Position numbers and translations under genes: made by a program | Part shown: piece after piece, positions 36,400 to 50,434 of the stretch | Position numbering within the stretch: position 1 is the first letter of the stretch | Layout: every line of letters starts with the position of its first letter | Notes under the pieces: generated by a model | Seen by the model: only the letters and a program-made list of their open reading frames with translations | What the model was told of the DNA's origin: nothing | Databases searched by the model: none | NCBI GenBank assembly: GCA_002633005.1 | Contig: NMRA01000308.1 | Coordinates: 248,001-312,000, forward strand | DNA from: Phoronis australis | Taxonomy: Eukaryota; Animalia; Phoronida | DNA length: 64,000 nt | Direction: 5' to 3'

Positions 36400-36830
36400 G
36401 CCTACTGCTCAGAAATTAGAGGTTGTACGATACATTTTTGATCCTTTACGTGGAGGAAGTTTTATAAAATGCCTCTTTTAAGTATAAATGATACAAAAAT
36501 ATGCCATTTTCAATACTAAGTGCTGCATAGGACCCTTCCTACTACAAACGTTTGGTTATTTAGAATTAATTATGTTGATTCTGATTCTAGTACTTTCTGT
36601 AAGAACGAATGTGTGATAATTGAACCCTTATTTCCAGACTGTTGCGTCACGAGCTTTTTTAGTGCGACATCAGCAAATGTAGACTCCAAATTCCATTTGG
36701 AAAAAAGACAATACTTTTTGGAACCCCGTTTAAAAAGAAAATAAAAGTACTCAATTGGTTTTTATTGCACGCGAAATATTACGTAATACATTTAAAAAAT
36801 TAACAAGAATGTCATGATTTTTCTTATTAT
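36400..36830 (+). mobile_element. Degraded 3' fragment of an L1/Tx1-type non-LTR retrotransposon ORF2 (zf-RVT region)
   Basis: Translation WRKFYKMPLLSINDTKICHFQY*VLHRTLPTTNVWLFRINYVDSDSSTFCKNECVIIEPLFPDC...LNWFLLHAKYYV follows the zf-RVT pattern (FQYK.LHR.L.TN...C.FC....E...HLF..C). It has an in-frame stop and lost Cys/His residues. Confidence 0.8.
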
Positions 36831-38884
36831 TTGAAAATAAATTTCATTGCTGAGAAGTGTGTATTCTAAGCCAAATAAAAATTCACATGAAATAAAGAGA
36901 ACTCTGGAAACCGTGGCAGTTTGTCCAAATATTTTATAGTTACATTCTGGATATAAGTGTCTTTGGTCTATCTTTGCTAAGTTATCCACTCACCGATTAC
37001 ATGTATATATTGCACACTTGACGGCAGACCAACATACTTATCGGAATTCTAGAATTCGCCAAGTAGCAAGAGACACCCTCCCGATAGCCCTTGAAATTAA
37101 ATTATCTATCCACAGAAAAAACGTCCAGACAGTTCCTCCAGCTACAGCTCTGCAAAACCACAGTGAAAAATGACCGCCACAGCGACATCTTGCGTCCAAT
37201 TTCAACCAAAAACTTCAAGGTATCCGCAAGACGCATCATTTTAATTTCAGGATGACCGGATATGAAATGCTACCTGTAGCTGCCAACAAGTAAAAAAACA
37301 AAAAAAAAATTAAGACAAAGCAACACACTTGGAAATTTGTTTTACCAAGAAACAACTATCAGATGACCCGTTTTCCTTGCTTTTATATGTAAGGGAAAAA
37401 AACTAACTTTAAGACAAAGTAACACACTAGGGAAAAAATTGTTTTACCAAGAAACAACAATCAGATGACCTGTTTTTCTTGCTTTTATATGTAAGGGAAT
37501 AAAAAAACAACTGACATCTTATTACATTTAATAACAGAAAATGCAGTTACACTTAATAAAAAACTAGACCAACGTCTACAACAAAACAACAAAATATGCC
37601 ACTGCGTCACTAACAGGTGACAATGTGATCAAATTTGAATTTACAATTCCATTATAATTCACTCAGTGTCACACAGAAGGTTATAATCAAATTAATGATC
37701 ATTAATAACCCATCTCTGTCTGTGAACGCCAAGTTATTCTGCCATTCATACCACATGTACTGAGCATTTTAATCATGTGACAAGAGGGCAAAACCCACCT
37801 GATTAACTATGACCATCTGCCAAAGATTTTAACTAACTAATACATAAACTACACTAATGGTGAGTAATGCTATGCAACAACCCTTGCAGCAAACAACCAA
37901 GGGGTGCTAGTTTATCACCATTGTTGGGTCCATTTGAAAAACAACAGCTGGGTAGAGTTCAGTAGCTGTCTCGCTGCGAGAAAAATCTAACCAAAATCAT
38001 GTGCTCACATTGAAAATATACAGCAATATCTCTAAAATCTCGACCAGTCTTGCCTTTTTAGCAAGGTCCTAGTGTTACTGAACTCTTGACTACCCAGTGG
38101 TATCCTCCTCATTGGGTTCATAGGTCATATTTCACAAGAATCCATTTAACAACTTGGTAGATATTGAGATGAATGCAACAATTTACCACTATGGATCACT
38201 TCTGTAGTCACGTCCATCCAAGATCATTACCAGCCATGCATTCCTCAATAGTACAATGTTTATGCATTCCTCAATAGTACAATGTCAAATTTCGTTTAGT
38301 CTTATCAATGAACCTGACAAAGCCTGAGGCAGAGACAAAAAATGCTTGAAAGAGGCAGAGCAGTCCGACTCAATCAAAAAAAAAAATGTCATCCATCTAA
38401 TAACTTTTATAATGAAGCTTCAAGCACCTGTCAATCATGAGAAACAGAATCAAAATTAATGAAAGAGTTAATAGGAGGTGCAATACATTGAATCTGTACG
38501 ATCATGGGAAGGCTTCATGGTTGGAAAAGACCCTTTCATGTGGGTGGAAACGTCCAAGTAATCAACTACAAACAGTTTGTAGCAACTGAAATGTTTACCT
38601 GATCAACATCATCAAGAACTATGAACAAGTTATTCTATCACTTTACTCATGGATGACTTCACAATATGTTAATCTGCTGACAATAACCACACACTAACCA
38701 GTTCTCAATGATCACCTTCAGCCAGCTCACCATATGCAGCTGAGTCAGCCATTAATAGACTTCAAACTCAAGGACACACAACCACAGTAATGAACTCACT
38801 AACTACAGGCTACACGTCAGATGTGCATCAGCTTATTGCCATGCATTTCTGAAGCAAATGCACAGACATGTGAATTTACTAAGG

Positions 38885-41800
38885 TCAACTCTCAACTTGC
38901 TGAGACAGGGACACCCACAGACCTCCACACAGACAGACCTTGGCCCACCTCTTGTCCCAAGACAGAGACAGAGGTGTGGAGAGTGGAGCCTTCAACAATG
39001 AGGTCAGTCCACAGCGTGTACAGCGGCGCATGTCCGCTACGCACGTCTTGCCCACACTGATCTGCCTCAGCATGTCACGTTTTTGGTGGGACTGAGTGGT
39101 AGTGTCCGTGACATACTGTATTGATGTGCCTCTAGCTAGATGTTTGGGCATGTCACCAAACAAGCAGGTGACAGGATGGTACTGGTGTACTATGGATGGT
39201 TGGGTGGAACAATCTGTAATGAGACACTGATCGACAGTTGGTACAAAAACCGTTCCAGGAATAATACAGCACTCATCGAGGAACAGATCTTCAAGTTCCA
39301 TGTTGTTTCCATCGCGTACAGTCTGCCATAGTTTGGTGAGAAGCTTGAACAACACGGCGACAGTGTCCTGGTGTGCAACTGAGCATGTGAACGCAGGCAG
39401 CGCTGACGTGTTGATGCGGATCATCACCAGAAGCTCACGTAACATGGACAGACAGTTTGTGTCACGGACAATGGTGGCACCAGGGAGGCTGGGGTATGCC
39501 TGAAACGTGGGCAGAGTAGCCAGCAGATAGAGAGTGAAGTCTCCCACCCACTGTATCAGATGCTGCATGGACTGAATGGTGGCTGGAAAGAGATGACGAA
39601 TGTATTGTAAATATCACAAGTAGTTGAATGATATAATGAAACTACTATCAACCAGCTGTACAGCAATAATACAATACTTCATTTTAATCATTTACAATTA
39701 CAATATAAATCTTAACTTAATCCTCGCTCAGATGAAAAGTAATTTGTGAGATTAGTAAAAACTGACAGATAAAGGTAGAGGCCATGCCAGGCACGCAATG
39801 ACTGACAGATAGAGGTAGACACACAATAGTCTGTAATTCAGTTGTATGTATAGTGATTTGCATTTGACCTTTGATATAACTCTGCAGTATCTCCAACACA
39901 GATATAATGCACCGTTTGCCCATTATCATTCAATGTGCATGTGTAATATCACATTTAAAAACTAGTTGCAAACAATCTTCTCACGATACCTGAAAGAAAC
40001 TTTCAGCAAACAAACATAATGTCAATTGACACCTTATTGCATGTGATAACTTACTCGCATCTATGTGGTATTCTGTATGGTCCAGGGTCATCAGTAGCTT
40101 CTTCAAGTCACACTCCATGTTGTGACTGCAAAGCTGGGATAACTGATCACCCGCACTCTGCTAGAGGAAACAAAATATTAATAGTATGCTTGAGATTATT
40201 GGTATGTAGAGTAACTGTAAGATCTCGCTTAGATTTGCACAAATACAAGTAAGGACTGTAATCAAGGCAACATACAGAGAGAGATAATCGATGTCTAAAA
40301 TCTGTTAGTCTATTTCGACCAACCTCTAGCCTGTTAACATAGGGACAGTATTTCGGTTGCTCATTTCTCAGGTTAACTTCAAGTGCAACTGAGTTGTTAG
40401 AAGAAGCAAGAGTATGTGATACACTAAGGGATGACAATGATGGGCACTTACCGTATTCGCCGTAATAACCGCCCAGGGCGCTTAGAAAAGTTCGGTTCAG
40501 GGGGGCGCTTATTATAACCCAAGGCGGTTGAAACCCGGTCTCCGAAACGGGTGAAATCGGAAGCTAAGATTCATCAAATTTACGCTCTGTGACGCATGTA
40601 ATCTATGAAAGACTTTCAACAAAACTGTGGTGCATTGCTATCAAACTTTGCTGCTAAATTACGATCATTTTACAGAAAATTGTGCTGAAATCCCAGGGCG
40701 AAAACTCGCCAACTGACTGCTTCGAAATCGCCGTCTTCGATATGGCGACTTCAATGCTTGAATAAAAATGGTTTCGATAAAGTACCTGAAATCCTCATTA
40801 AATTTTATAAGTAGCGTCTCTAAGGTTTTTAAGTTCCCGTGGAGTCTGGATTAACGACAGGTTTAAGTATAAATCTGTGCAACATCGTGCCATCTACATG
40901 TACATGTATGATCGGCAACACGGCGAGAAAAATGTCTGGCCGAACACACAAGTTGTTGTCACGTGACGTTTGTTTTGAAGTTCGTCTGCGAGTAAGCGAG
41001 CGCGTGCGTGTCACCAGAGTTCATTTGCCAAAGCAGAGACCGTCTTTCGGCCAGAGCCACGCAATCTAACTAGCTAGATGTGTCTAAAGAAATTTGCACA
41101 AGCAGTAGACCTAAACCANNNNNNNNNNNNNNNNNNNNNNNNNNNNNNNNNNNNNNNNNNNNNNNNNNNNNNNNNNNNNNNNNNNNNNNNNNNNNNNNNN
41201 NNNNNNNNNNNNNNNNNNNNNNNNNNNNNNNNNNNNNNNNNNNNNNNNNNNNNNNNNNNNNNNNNNNNNNNNNNNNNNNNNNNNNNNNNNNNNNNNNNNN
41301 NNNNNNNNNNNNNNNNNNNNNNNNNNNNNNNNNNNNNNNNNNNNNNNNNNNNNNNNNNNNNNNNNNNNNNNNNNNNNNNNNNNNNNNNNNNNNNNNNNNN
41401 NNNNNNNNNNNNNNNNNNNNNNNNNNNNNNNNNNNNNNNNNNNNNNNNNNNNNNNNNNNNNNNNNNNNNNNNNNNNNNNNNNNNNNNNNNNNNNNNNNNN
41501 NNNNNNNNNNNNNNNNNNNNNNNNNNNNNNNNNNNNNNNNNNNNNNNNNNNNNNNNNNNNNNAGGCCCAGGTGTAACCACAGAGTGAAGTCCAGGTGCAG
41601 CCATAGAGTGAAGCCCAGGTGTAAGCATAGAGTGAGACCCAGGTGTAAGCATAGTGAGGCCCAGGTGTAACCATAGAGTGAGGCCCAGGTGTAACCATAG
41701 AGTGAGGCCCAGGTGTAACCATAGAGTAAGGCCCAGGTGTAACCATAGAGTTGGCCCAGGTGTAACCATAGAGTAGGCCCAGGTGTAACCATAGAGTAGG

Positions 41801-44800
41801 CCCAGGTGTAACCATAGAGTTGGACCAGGTGTAACCAAAGAGTTGGCCAGAGTAGGCCCAGGTGCTGAGTCTGATCCACCATTGTACTTAAGGATGAGCA
41901 CATTTTATGGAACACCTTGAATGATAAAGGGCAAAAGCTTGCCTATTAAACCGTTATATGTAAAAATAAGGCAACTGTCACAAGACCCACTGTGGAGGGA
42001 AACTTCTTGTTACTGCAGCTGCAGAGCGTGCATATTTCATTTGAAGGTCCGCTCGCATATTATTCCAGACCAATGGCGACCTTGCTAACATGATTTCCTC
42101 AACAAAATTGAACTGAGAGCAAAATCCTACCTAAGCGACTTACTTGGCTTCAGTGTAAATAGAATGTCCCACCAGTCATAACCAGTGTACAAGCAATACT
42201 CAATCAAAGGTAGCAAACTGTTCAGTGCTGTCGCAGGCTCCTTGGCACTGACTGTGGTGAAGAGACTCAAGGCTCCCTGGTTGTCAAGGGTAACCAAGCA
42301 GGAGCCTGAAACAACATGTGGAGAGGAGTGAGATGAAGATGGCACAGTTAGGGTTCCCGTTTTGAATGGAATTCACAGAATCTGACTTCTTTCATGGAAT
42401 TAGAAATTTCAAATAGAATTTATACATTTCAGGAGTTCCATCATGTTCCATCAAATTTGACAATTCTGGCCCCAAATCAACCAAAAATAATTTTGCAGCT
42501 GGCATATTCAAGTAATTGTTCATTATGTATGAAGATGGAGCTGTTATTTTTAGGTTTCGAGATACATGAAACATGGCATTCAGGAAATTATTGATTAAGC
42601 GAAGACATAGTATAATTCAGGCAATTTCCCGACCATATTTATGTTACTTACTGACGGAATTTCGTGTTTGAGAAAACAGATTTCTGTTTTTAAAAAGTTA
42701 AAAATCAAGGATTTTTATACAGTATAACTAGCAAAAAAGTCAGATTTGATCAGAGGTAAGCAAAATTCGATCTCACATCCCCCAGCCCAAAAGCATAGCC
42801 TAGAACATTTAAGACACTGAACTTAGATGGAGTGAAGTAAAAATGTTACATGTTTTACTGTACAAGAATGTTGGATTGTCACTGGTTCACTCTGAACAAA
42901 ACACTCCTTGAGTAACTAGAGAGAGTAAATAAAATGTAACAGGTGTGGCATTGCACAGGTGGAGTGCTGGGTGAGTTAAAACCTAAGCATTACAATATTC
43001 CTATGAGGTCTTATAACAAAACACATGAAATGACTTGGAGCACTGTTGCATCTTTGAAAAACCGGGATCCAACGGGACCACCACAATTCGTCTCAGTAAG
43101 GCAAAATCCAACATATCTAATCTAATCTAAGGGTGGAGTGCAGGAACCAAGACAATCACATCCTACAGCTTAGTTCAAATCAAACATGTCTGACTCATGC
43201 CAGTTTTACTTCCCTTCACCTCACAAAACTTAAAAGCAAATACAAAGATATACAGTTGGTTCTCCACCGTACCTGTTAAAGACAGTTGAGAGGACACTAC
43301 AAATGGTGTTGACTTGACTCTCTTCTCTCCATGACTAGTCTCTAATGGTTTTGGCTTTATCACGTGAGACAACAGCACTTGGAGTGTGTGTCGATGAACC
43401 AGCTTCACACCACCATCTCTATAAGACAGAGCCAGACATTGCAGGGGGATCTGGTAGGACTCCGCATAGCTCTGCATAACAGGAAGTCTTGTTGGTGCCA
43501 CCGCTGTGAGAACATTAGGATGAGTTAGGCTGGTTTTATGCCACCATGCGTGCACGGATGCCGGGTGTGCATCGCCCGATGTCTGAAAGATGCGATGTAA
43601 CTTGACAGGTTGTTCCTGTAACTGCCACACCTCTGAGCAGCTATTACAACCATTGGTGGCATCAACGAGTAAACAGTTGGGATCCTCGGGAAATGTGAAC
43701 TTAATGTGAGTGATGCGAGATGAAGAAGAGTCTTTGAAGTCAGCATGACATCGGAGGAAAAAGCCACCGCGGGACTTGGAAAAGATCTCGCAAGATTCAC
43801 CCACAGTTTTCATAACAATGGTGTAACAGTGGATGGTTGAGGTGGGCAGACCATCACTGGTGGCCACAATAACTTCACCAGATCGTGAGAATCCTATGTC
43901 AGCTTTCGCTACATGATGTGGGGCTGACGATGCCAGCAGGGGTACACTCTGTAAGTTTACTTTAACACCTGAGCTTGATAGACAGATGACACCAACACAA
44001 ACCTAAAACAAATAAGTACACATTTTTTGAATCTCATTGAATTTTTTTCAAAATTCAAATGTTCAGTGATGGTTTAAATCTAGTACATGATACATGAAAG
44101 AAGACACAAAACAACAGTTTCCATTGAGTGAAAGTCTTCTCGTGCCATTCAAGAAGTTAAACATACATTCACTGAACACACCCAGTCATTGCACTATGAT
44201 AGGCACACTGATTAACTATTTCAAGATTTTGTATTTCATGTTTCAGCACCCTTGACACTGATGCAGCACCCCTGACACAGATACAGTGCCAATGACACAG
44301 ATACAGTGTCCTTGACACAGATACAACACCCCTGACACAGATACAGTGTCCTTGACACTGATACAACACCCCTGACACAGATACAGTGTCCCACACACCG
44401 ATACAGCATCCCTGACTGATGCAGTGTCCCTCACGCTGATACATAGTCAATCACAGTGATATAGCACCCCCCACACTGATACAGCACCCCCCACACCGAT
44501 ACAGCACCCCTCACACTAATACAGAACCTAAGTCAGTGGTAGTGAAGGTGCTTTTTCATAAAATATATTAATTTTTGTACTATGTTCAATATCTGAAACA
44601 CAATTTTAGCATCTCTCATTCCTGCTCTGCTTTTATTTCTTTTTTACTGGATAGTAGCACTTGGTAGCATTTGGTAGCACTGTTTTAGAACAGAATATTT
44701 AGCCAGTAACAGCTTGAAGACACATAAACATGAACTTCACCTACCAGACCACTGTGAGTGACAGCTATCCACCCTCCAGTAGCCTTGCCGCCAAATTGGG

Positions 44801-47800
44801 TCAAGGAGGGAACGAAGCGGGCAGGGACTATCTTGTCAGTGTACAGAGTGAGGTCCTTCTTGTCCACATTATAACTGACCTGTGTGCATGTATGGAGCCA
44901 GGAGATGGCCATTATCTCCTCCATTGGTAGGAGAGTGGCGTTGATACACTCCCACTTATCCAGTACGTAATCCTGTGAAAGAGAGCAAGTGAACTGGGTC
45001 CAGAACTGACCAACATTTGACACTAGAGTCACAAGTGAACTGGGTCCAGAACTGACTAACATTTGGCACTAGTGCCACAAAAGTCTATGATTTCACTCCC
45101 ACATTAAGCTAAAGAAAACAAACACACTATCATTTATCAGACAGCCTATGTCTACAGGAATGACTTACAATTAAAAACATCTAGTACCAAATACCAAATT
45201 ACTAATTACATCAATGGCTGACACATTCCCCTTTCCCATTGCCAACTGTTCTTATTCATGCCAGCTACACACAAGTAATACTGCTACAAGTCAGTCTGTT
45301 CAGGCATTATCCTTTTACAGACCTGTGTACCAACAAAACTGCATTGGAGTACTATGAACACCAGATTTGAAGATTTTTGAGTAAATTTGCAGATTTTTGC
45401 GAGCAGACTAAATATCGGAAATTCGAACTTCCAGCGAACGCAGCCTAAAATGCAGGGGGGCTCAAATTTTTGAAGCTTTTACTTAAGTTCAGGGCTATGA
45501 ATTGTGCTGAATTCCTGCCTTTTTAGTGGACTTTTGTCTCGTTTTCTCAGACTTTTGGTTTCTCTGAGGCAGACCTTTTTGCCCTCTGGGTGCACTCATG
45601 GCTACTTTTCCTAGTTACTTGCAACTGAAACAGTTTTTAAAATACACGTAGTGAATTAATCACCAATTTTCAGAATAGACTACGGTGTTTGGTTTAGGGA
45701 CAACTCGCTTAGTGATAAGATCCATTTAATCAATAGAAAGGTGGTAATATACACCACTGTACTCGGTTGTTAACCCAAAAAAATATTTGCAAAAAGGTGT
45801 ATATGAATCTGCACTGGACAATGTTTTGCACCAGACGACATTTTCTTAACCATTCACAAAAGTTTTGAATAATTATTCATTCCAAGTGTCAGTGAACAAG
45901 TACCACCATACTGCCTGTGAAAAAACCTCGTGTGTCCATCGGCTCAACATGCCCCAAAGTCAGTGCAGTCACCATGTGCGCAAGAATACAACACTCTACA
46001 CAACTTGCAATATCCACGGTCCCTTCCATAAGACATTGTCACTCTTTGGAATAACGTGGCAAAAACAGATATTCCCTTCTTTCAGAAGCTACTTTCTTCA
46101 CAGCTCGGAATATGCAGTACGGCCATTCATGCTTTGCCACTCTGACAACAGCATGTATTTAGCTGGAAATAGCCGGAATTAGACGGAGTAAGCAACCCAC
46201 AAATCACAGAAGTCGTTGCCTATAGGTTAAGTCTGTGACAAACATACCGACAGAAGAGGCCTCGCGACTCGGCGATTATCAGGCTATTTCGAGAATGGAA
46301 CAATGCGAGTTTTCTAAGTTCGTAGCTCAACTTTTTTAGGCTAAAATAATCATTTTGAAACATTCTTTTTTTAATTTCTTACTTTAAAATCCTCTTCCTC
46401 TTCCATTCCGACTACAAATTCGCATATTTAGTGAGAACCAAGCCAAGTAATAATCTGTTTTGAATTAGCGTATTTTTGCCTGGCCGTGCATACTTGCGTA
46501 CTGGAGGCTTGATTTCCGTACGAATCCGCATTTTTTGCGTATGGTACACAGGTCTGCTTTTATCTGACCATATGTTCAAGTGGAACTTGCATGCTAATTC
46601 CTTATCTCTGTTATAGCTTGGCCAAATACAAACACAACATACAGCAATGATGTGAATATGAAGTAGGTTGGAAATTGCCAAATGTTTTCAATTATGAGTT
46701 TTGTGGCGAAAATGATCCACCACAAATCACTGAACCATGTCCAGTTAGTATCATGACATGATGTTAGGGAATAGCACTGCATTATGTGGGCTATGTGAGC
46801 ACGTGAGGTGATCTCGTGACGAACGTGCCCCACTATGGTCTGGCCTTTCAGAACAGACAACTTACATGTCAACAGGATTGAATCTATCCAGTACAGATTC
46901 CATATCTTCTCCCTGAACAGGATTCCAAATTTCTTTGTACATGTAAAAACTGCGAATTGAAGGCTAATAAAAAATTGGTGTTAAAAGCATGTGGACAGGA
47001 AGCGTGCGCTACACACCTGTCATCGCAGACATTGATCTTCGAGACCTATCTAATCGGGTAGCACAGCATCAGCAAGAAATAAATATTGGCGCTAACTTCT
47101 GATGATATCTAATACCATAAAAAAAAGCGTTTGCGTTATTTTTAAGAGGGACTGTTTCATTAATCCTAACTGATGTTTTTAAAGCCAAATATCCAATAAA
47201 ATGACCACTGACAGTGAATGCTAACACACCAGGCCTTAAACCCAAAAAATAACTGTCAGACAGTAACGTACGCATCCAGCCACATGGCGACTAGTATGGG
47301 CCTTACCGAGACAATTGTCGAGCGTTTTTAGCAAATGCGACTAGCAAGTGTTGAATAGATCACGTTCTACTTTACTGCTTAAGCTAATTTTATGAGATAA
47401 AATACACATCTAGCTCATTAGATTGCGTTTACTCTGGCAATTGAACTCTGATGACACGCACGTGCTCGCTTACTCACACACGCAAACAAACTTCAAAAGA
47501 AACGTCATGTGACAACATGTGTGTTAGTCCAGAGATTTTTCTCGTGTTGCCGGGTAGGCCTACGATCATAGATGGCACAATCTAGCACAGATTTGGACTT
47601 AACTTACTGTTAATCCCAACTACACAGGAACTTAAAAATCTTAGGGACGCCATTTGGAAAACTTAAGAATGATTTCAGGTAATTTGCTCGAGTCAAAACT
47701 GTGTTTTTATTCAAGCATCAAGTTGCCAAATCACTGATTGTGAGGCAGTTATGAATCAGTCAGCGAGTTTTCGCCTTGAGATTTCAGCACAATTCTAAAA

Positions 47801-49160
47801 TGATGGTAATTTAACAACAACAACAAAGTTTGATAACAATGTACCATAATGATGAAGAAAGTCTGTCAGAGGTTACAGATACGTCACAGATACGTCACAG
47901 AACATGAATATGATGAATCTCTGCTTCCGATTTCCCCCGTTTTGCAGACCGGGTTTCAACCGTCTTGAGTTACAATAAGGTGAGGGAAAATCATGGTCTG
48001 AACCAGACACTATGGCAATGACAATACAGAGTGCAGAGTAATATCAGTGTAACTAAAAATGACATCACAGTTAACGCTTAAAGGCACACGGTTAGCTGAA
48101 ATCATGCTGAAATCCTGCATATTAATCCCAACCACAGTTACCTTCATTGACCAGAGTTGTACTGAGCCAGCAGCTGTAGTTATCAAGAGCTGAGTACCAC
48201 CAACATGCCAACACAAGTGAGTTATTTCCTCGTCACATTGAGTTACTGCATACACGTCCCATGGCTTGTCGACGTCGCACACATACAGGAAGTACACCTT
48301 TTGGTATTGAGGAACATTTGACCTAAGCACAACAGAATAAGTGATACTGCATTAAGCACACACAAGTAAGTAAAAAGTAATGTGAATCGCAATCTGAATC
48401 ATATTTTGAACTGCAATGGTTAAGTAGTTGTCATCTCAATACAAGTCAACGGTCATGACTGTTACACACATCAGCAAATAAATGTATAAAGCAAAGTCAC
48501 TTGTACACTGTATTTCTGGATATGAAAACTGACAAATGCAACTGACTTGTTTATGCTAAATCACCATATATTAATATTGATAAATGCTCTTGAACAATGA
48601 CATTGTCAATACATGTCACTTAACATATAAATTTTCATAACATATTAACCAAGTATACATGACGAAATTGAATAGAGAATGTTGAAAATTTATGCAACTA
48701 CTTGATTTTGTGTCAACATGGGCACTTTCCACAGGAACAAGATGATCAGGAACAAGTGACTGTGTGGTCGAAGTTAAAATTGTCCCACTACTACTGTTGG
48801 CCCCACCGACTAGTCCCAGGAAGTGCCCCAGGACATAACTGAAATCAAGGCTTTAGTACCAATAAGTTGTGTACTAGTACACCTTGGTTGATACAAACCC
48901 TTTCCTCCATGACAAAAGCACATAACAACTTTCTTCCCAATTCTGCCTAGACAAAAATGACAGACCTGTTTTGTGCATTCTCAGTGGATTGGCAACAAGT
49001 TGCCCCGGGGCAAATGCTGATTGAAGCATGTTTTTCATTACCTAGCATCCAACTTGTGTGTGCTTGTAAATGCTATCGTGTTGCGACTAGACACTGCCAC
49101 ATTGAGAGCCCCCTCATCCTTCAGCCTCGAGGCTGGGGAGACACTGAAGATGTGCTCCAT
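38885..49160 (-). CDS. MED16: Mediator of RNA polymerase II transcription subunit 16
   Basis: Exons 49042-49160 (SRNTIAFT), 48142-48322 (PWDV...ITHLCW...VQLWSM), 44745-44972 (PSLTQFGGKATGGWIAVTHSGL), 43273-44002, 42144-42305 (LIEYCLYTGYDWWDIL), [one exon missing, probably in the N gap], 40055-40160, 38885-39582 (LIQWVGDFTLYLLA...CTRCG...RWAKVCLCGGLW). These motifs are collinear with metazoan MED16 as I recall it. Confidence 0.95.
40449..41020 (+). mobile_element. Intronic interspersed repeat (TA-CCGTATT terminus, Tc1/pogo-MITE-like), copy 1
   Basis: Begins TACCGTATTCGCCGTAATAACCGCCC. Homologous, in inverted orientation, to ~47440-47980 (shared CGGTTGAAACCCGGTCT...GAAATCGGAAGC...AGATTCATCA). 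Confidence 0.65.
41119..41562. other. Assembly gap (444 N) inside MED16
   Basis: Run of N. Confidence 0.99.
41563..41863. repeat. Intronic minisatellite, 22-24-bp unit, abutting the assembly gap
   Basis: Unit AGGCCCAGGTGTAACCATAGAGT(G), about a dozen copies visible. Confidence 0.9.
44245..44525. repeat. Intronic degenerate minisatellite, ~20-bp unit
   Basis: CACCCCTGACACAGATACAG and its variants repeated. Confidence 0.85.
47440..47980 (-). mobile_element. Intronic interspersed repeat, inverted diverged copy 2
   Basis: Reverse complement aligns collinearly with 40505-41020 (GCTGAAATC.CA.GGCGAAAACTCGC, ATGCTTGAATAAAAA, AAATCTGTGC, TTGTCAC.TGACGTTT). Confidence 0.7.
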
Positions 49161-50362
49161 ATTTCAGCATATCTACAAACGAAACATCAGAAATTGTGAC
49201 CGGTGTGAGCCCACTGACTCAGTGAAGTAGAAGAGCTGTTTTGTGTTATCAAAAGGGTTACAAACATATAAATGTCTGCTTTATGAAATGGATTTGAAAG
49301 AATCAGCATTGATGAGCATTATAACGTATTGGAAATATCGAAGTGTGTGGATTTTTTTAAACTTTCATTGGTTCATGTCCTATCTAGACAAACTGGTGAC
49401 TACCATGATACTTAATGTTATTTTTACACAACCTACAGTAAAATCTCACCACTTCTTTATAAAGAAATTACGGTGAATTTTACTTTTTAAAATTTTCATG
49501 GAAAAAATGTGGCATCAAATAAATTTAAATCAACTGCAAGATCTATACCACAGCTACCACATGACAGAATTTTGTGAAAAAAATGAGCATTCAAAATTAA
49601 GTAAGATTAAAAATGGAAAATTTTGTCAACAACTTGTGTCTGATGGGTAGGGAGGACAACGTTTTTTTAACTTTTTTAGTGCCCATGTGCCATACATTTT
49701 TGAAAAGCCCTTGGAGTGAGAAATGAAATGGTACAAAAATCGTAAAAATTGGATGAGCATTACCAAGAAAATGGCCGTTGAAATGTGACGATTATGCATA
49801 AAATATCTGCCTTTTTACATAGTTGATGTAAGTGCTGTGAAGATGTCGCGAGGGGCCTTATGAGCATGCGCATTAGACGAAACTGATATGAGGCCTTCTT
49901 CCTTTTCGCTGTCGTGAATGTTGACGATTGAACTAGAAAGATCTGGAGGTATTTATGATATTTATTGGTTTCGATGTCAACAAATGGAAGCAATGAACGT
50001 GTTGCTGTCGCAGTGTCGCAGATAAAATGTTTGAGTTAAATTACTCTCAGATTTGACGTGCTTGGGTTATTCCGGAAGTGGCCGACAGACGGCCATATTG
50101 AATGTCAGTTGTGTACCTTTCTCTTTATTATGTTATATTGTAGAGGGCTACTTAAAGGTGCCTGTGGTTGGAAAGAGTTTCACTTCGATTAACGGATTAA
50201 CGACACGCCGAGTGAATAAACCCCAGGCCCAGGCACCTTTGCTATGCAACGGCAAGTAGATGTTTTTCGTTTTCGAAACAGAGAAATCTATAATGAACGA
50301 ATTAACACGTTTAACTTTAGATCAAGCTGGTACAAGACGAACTTTTACAGCAGAGTACTCAC

Positions 50363-50434
50363 AATGACCTGAAATCACTCCAAACTTAACATCTCTCTAG
50401 TCTCTCGACTGAAACCGCACCGCGTACTTCCGTC
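50363..50434 (-). promoter_or_regulatory. Putative MED16 core promoter and non-coding first exon
   Basis: Minus strand: ETS-type CGGAAGT, then Inr-like TTTCAGT (~50410), then a strong donor GTGAGT at 50357-50362. The first coding exon is preceded by an acceptor (tttgtag, AG at 49173-49174), implying an upstream UTR exon. Confidence 0.55.

Noticed and set aside
41070-41915. Long ORFs of 169-281 aa
   Set aside because: Composed of N-gap plus minisatellite translation.
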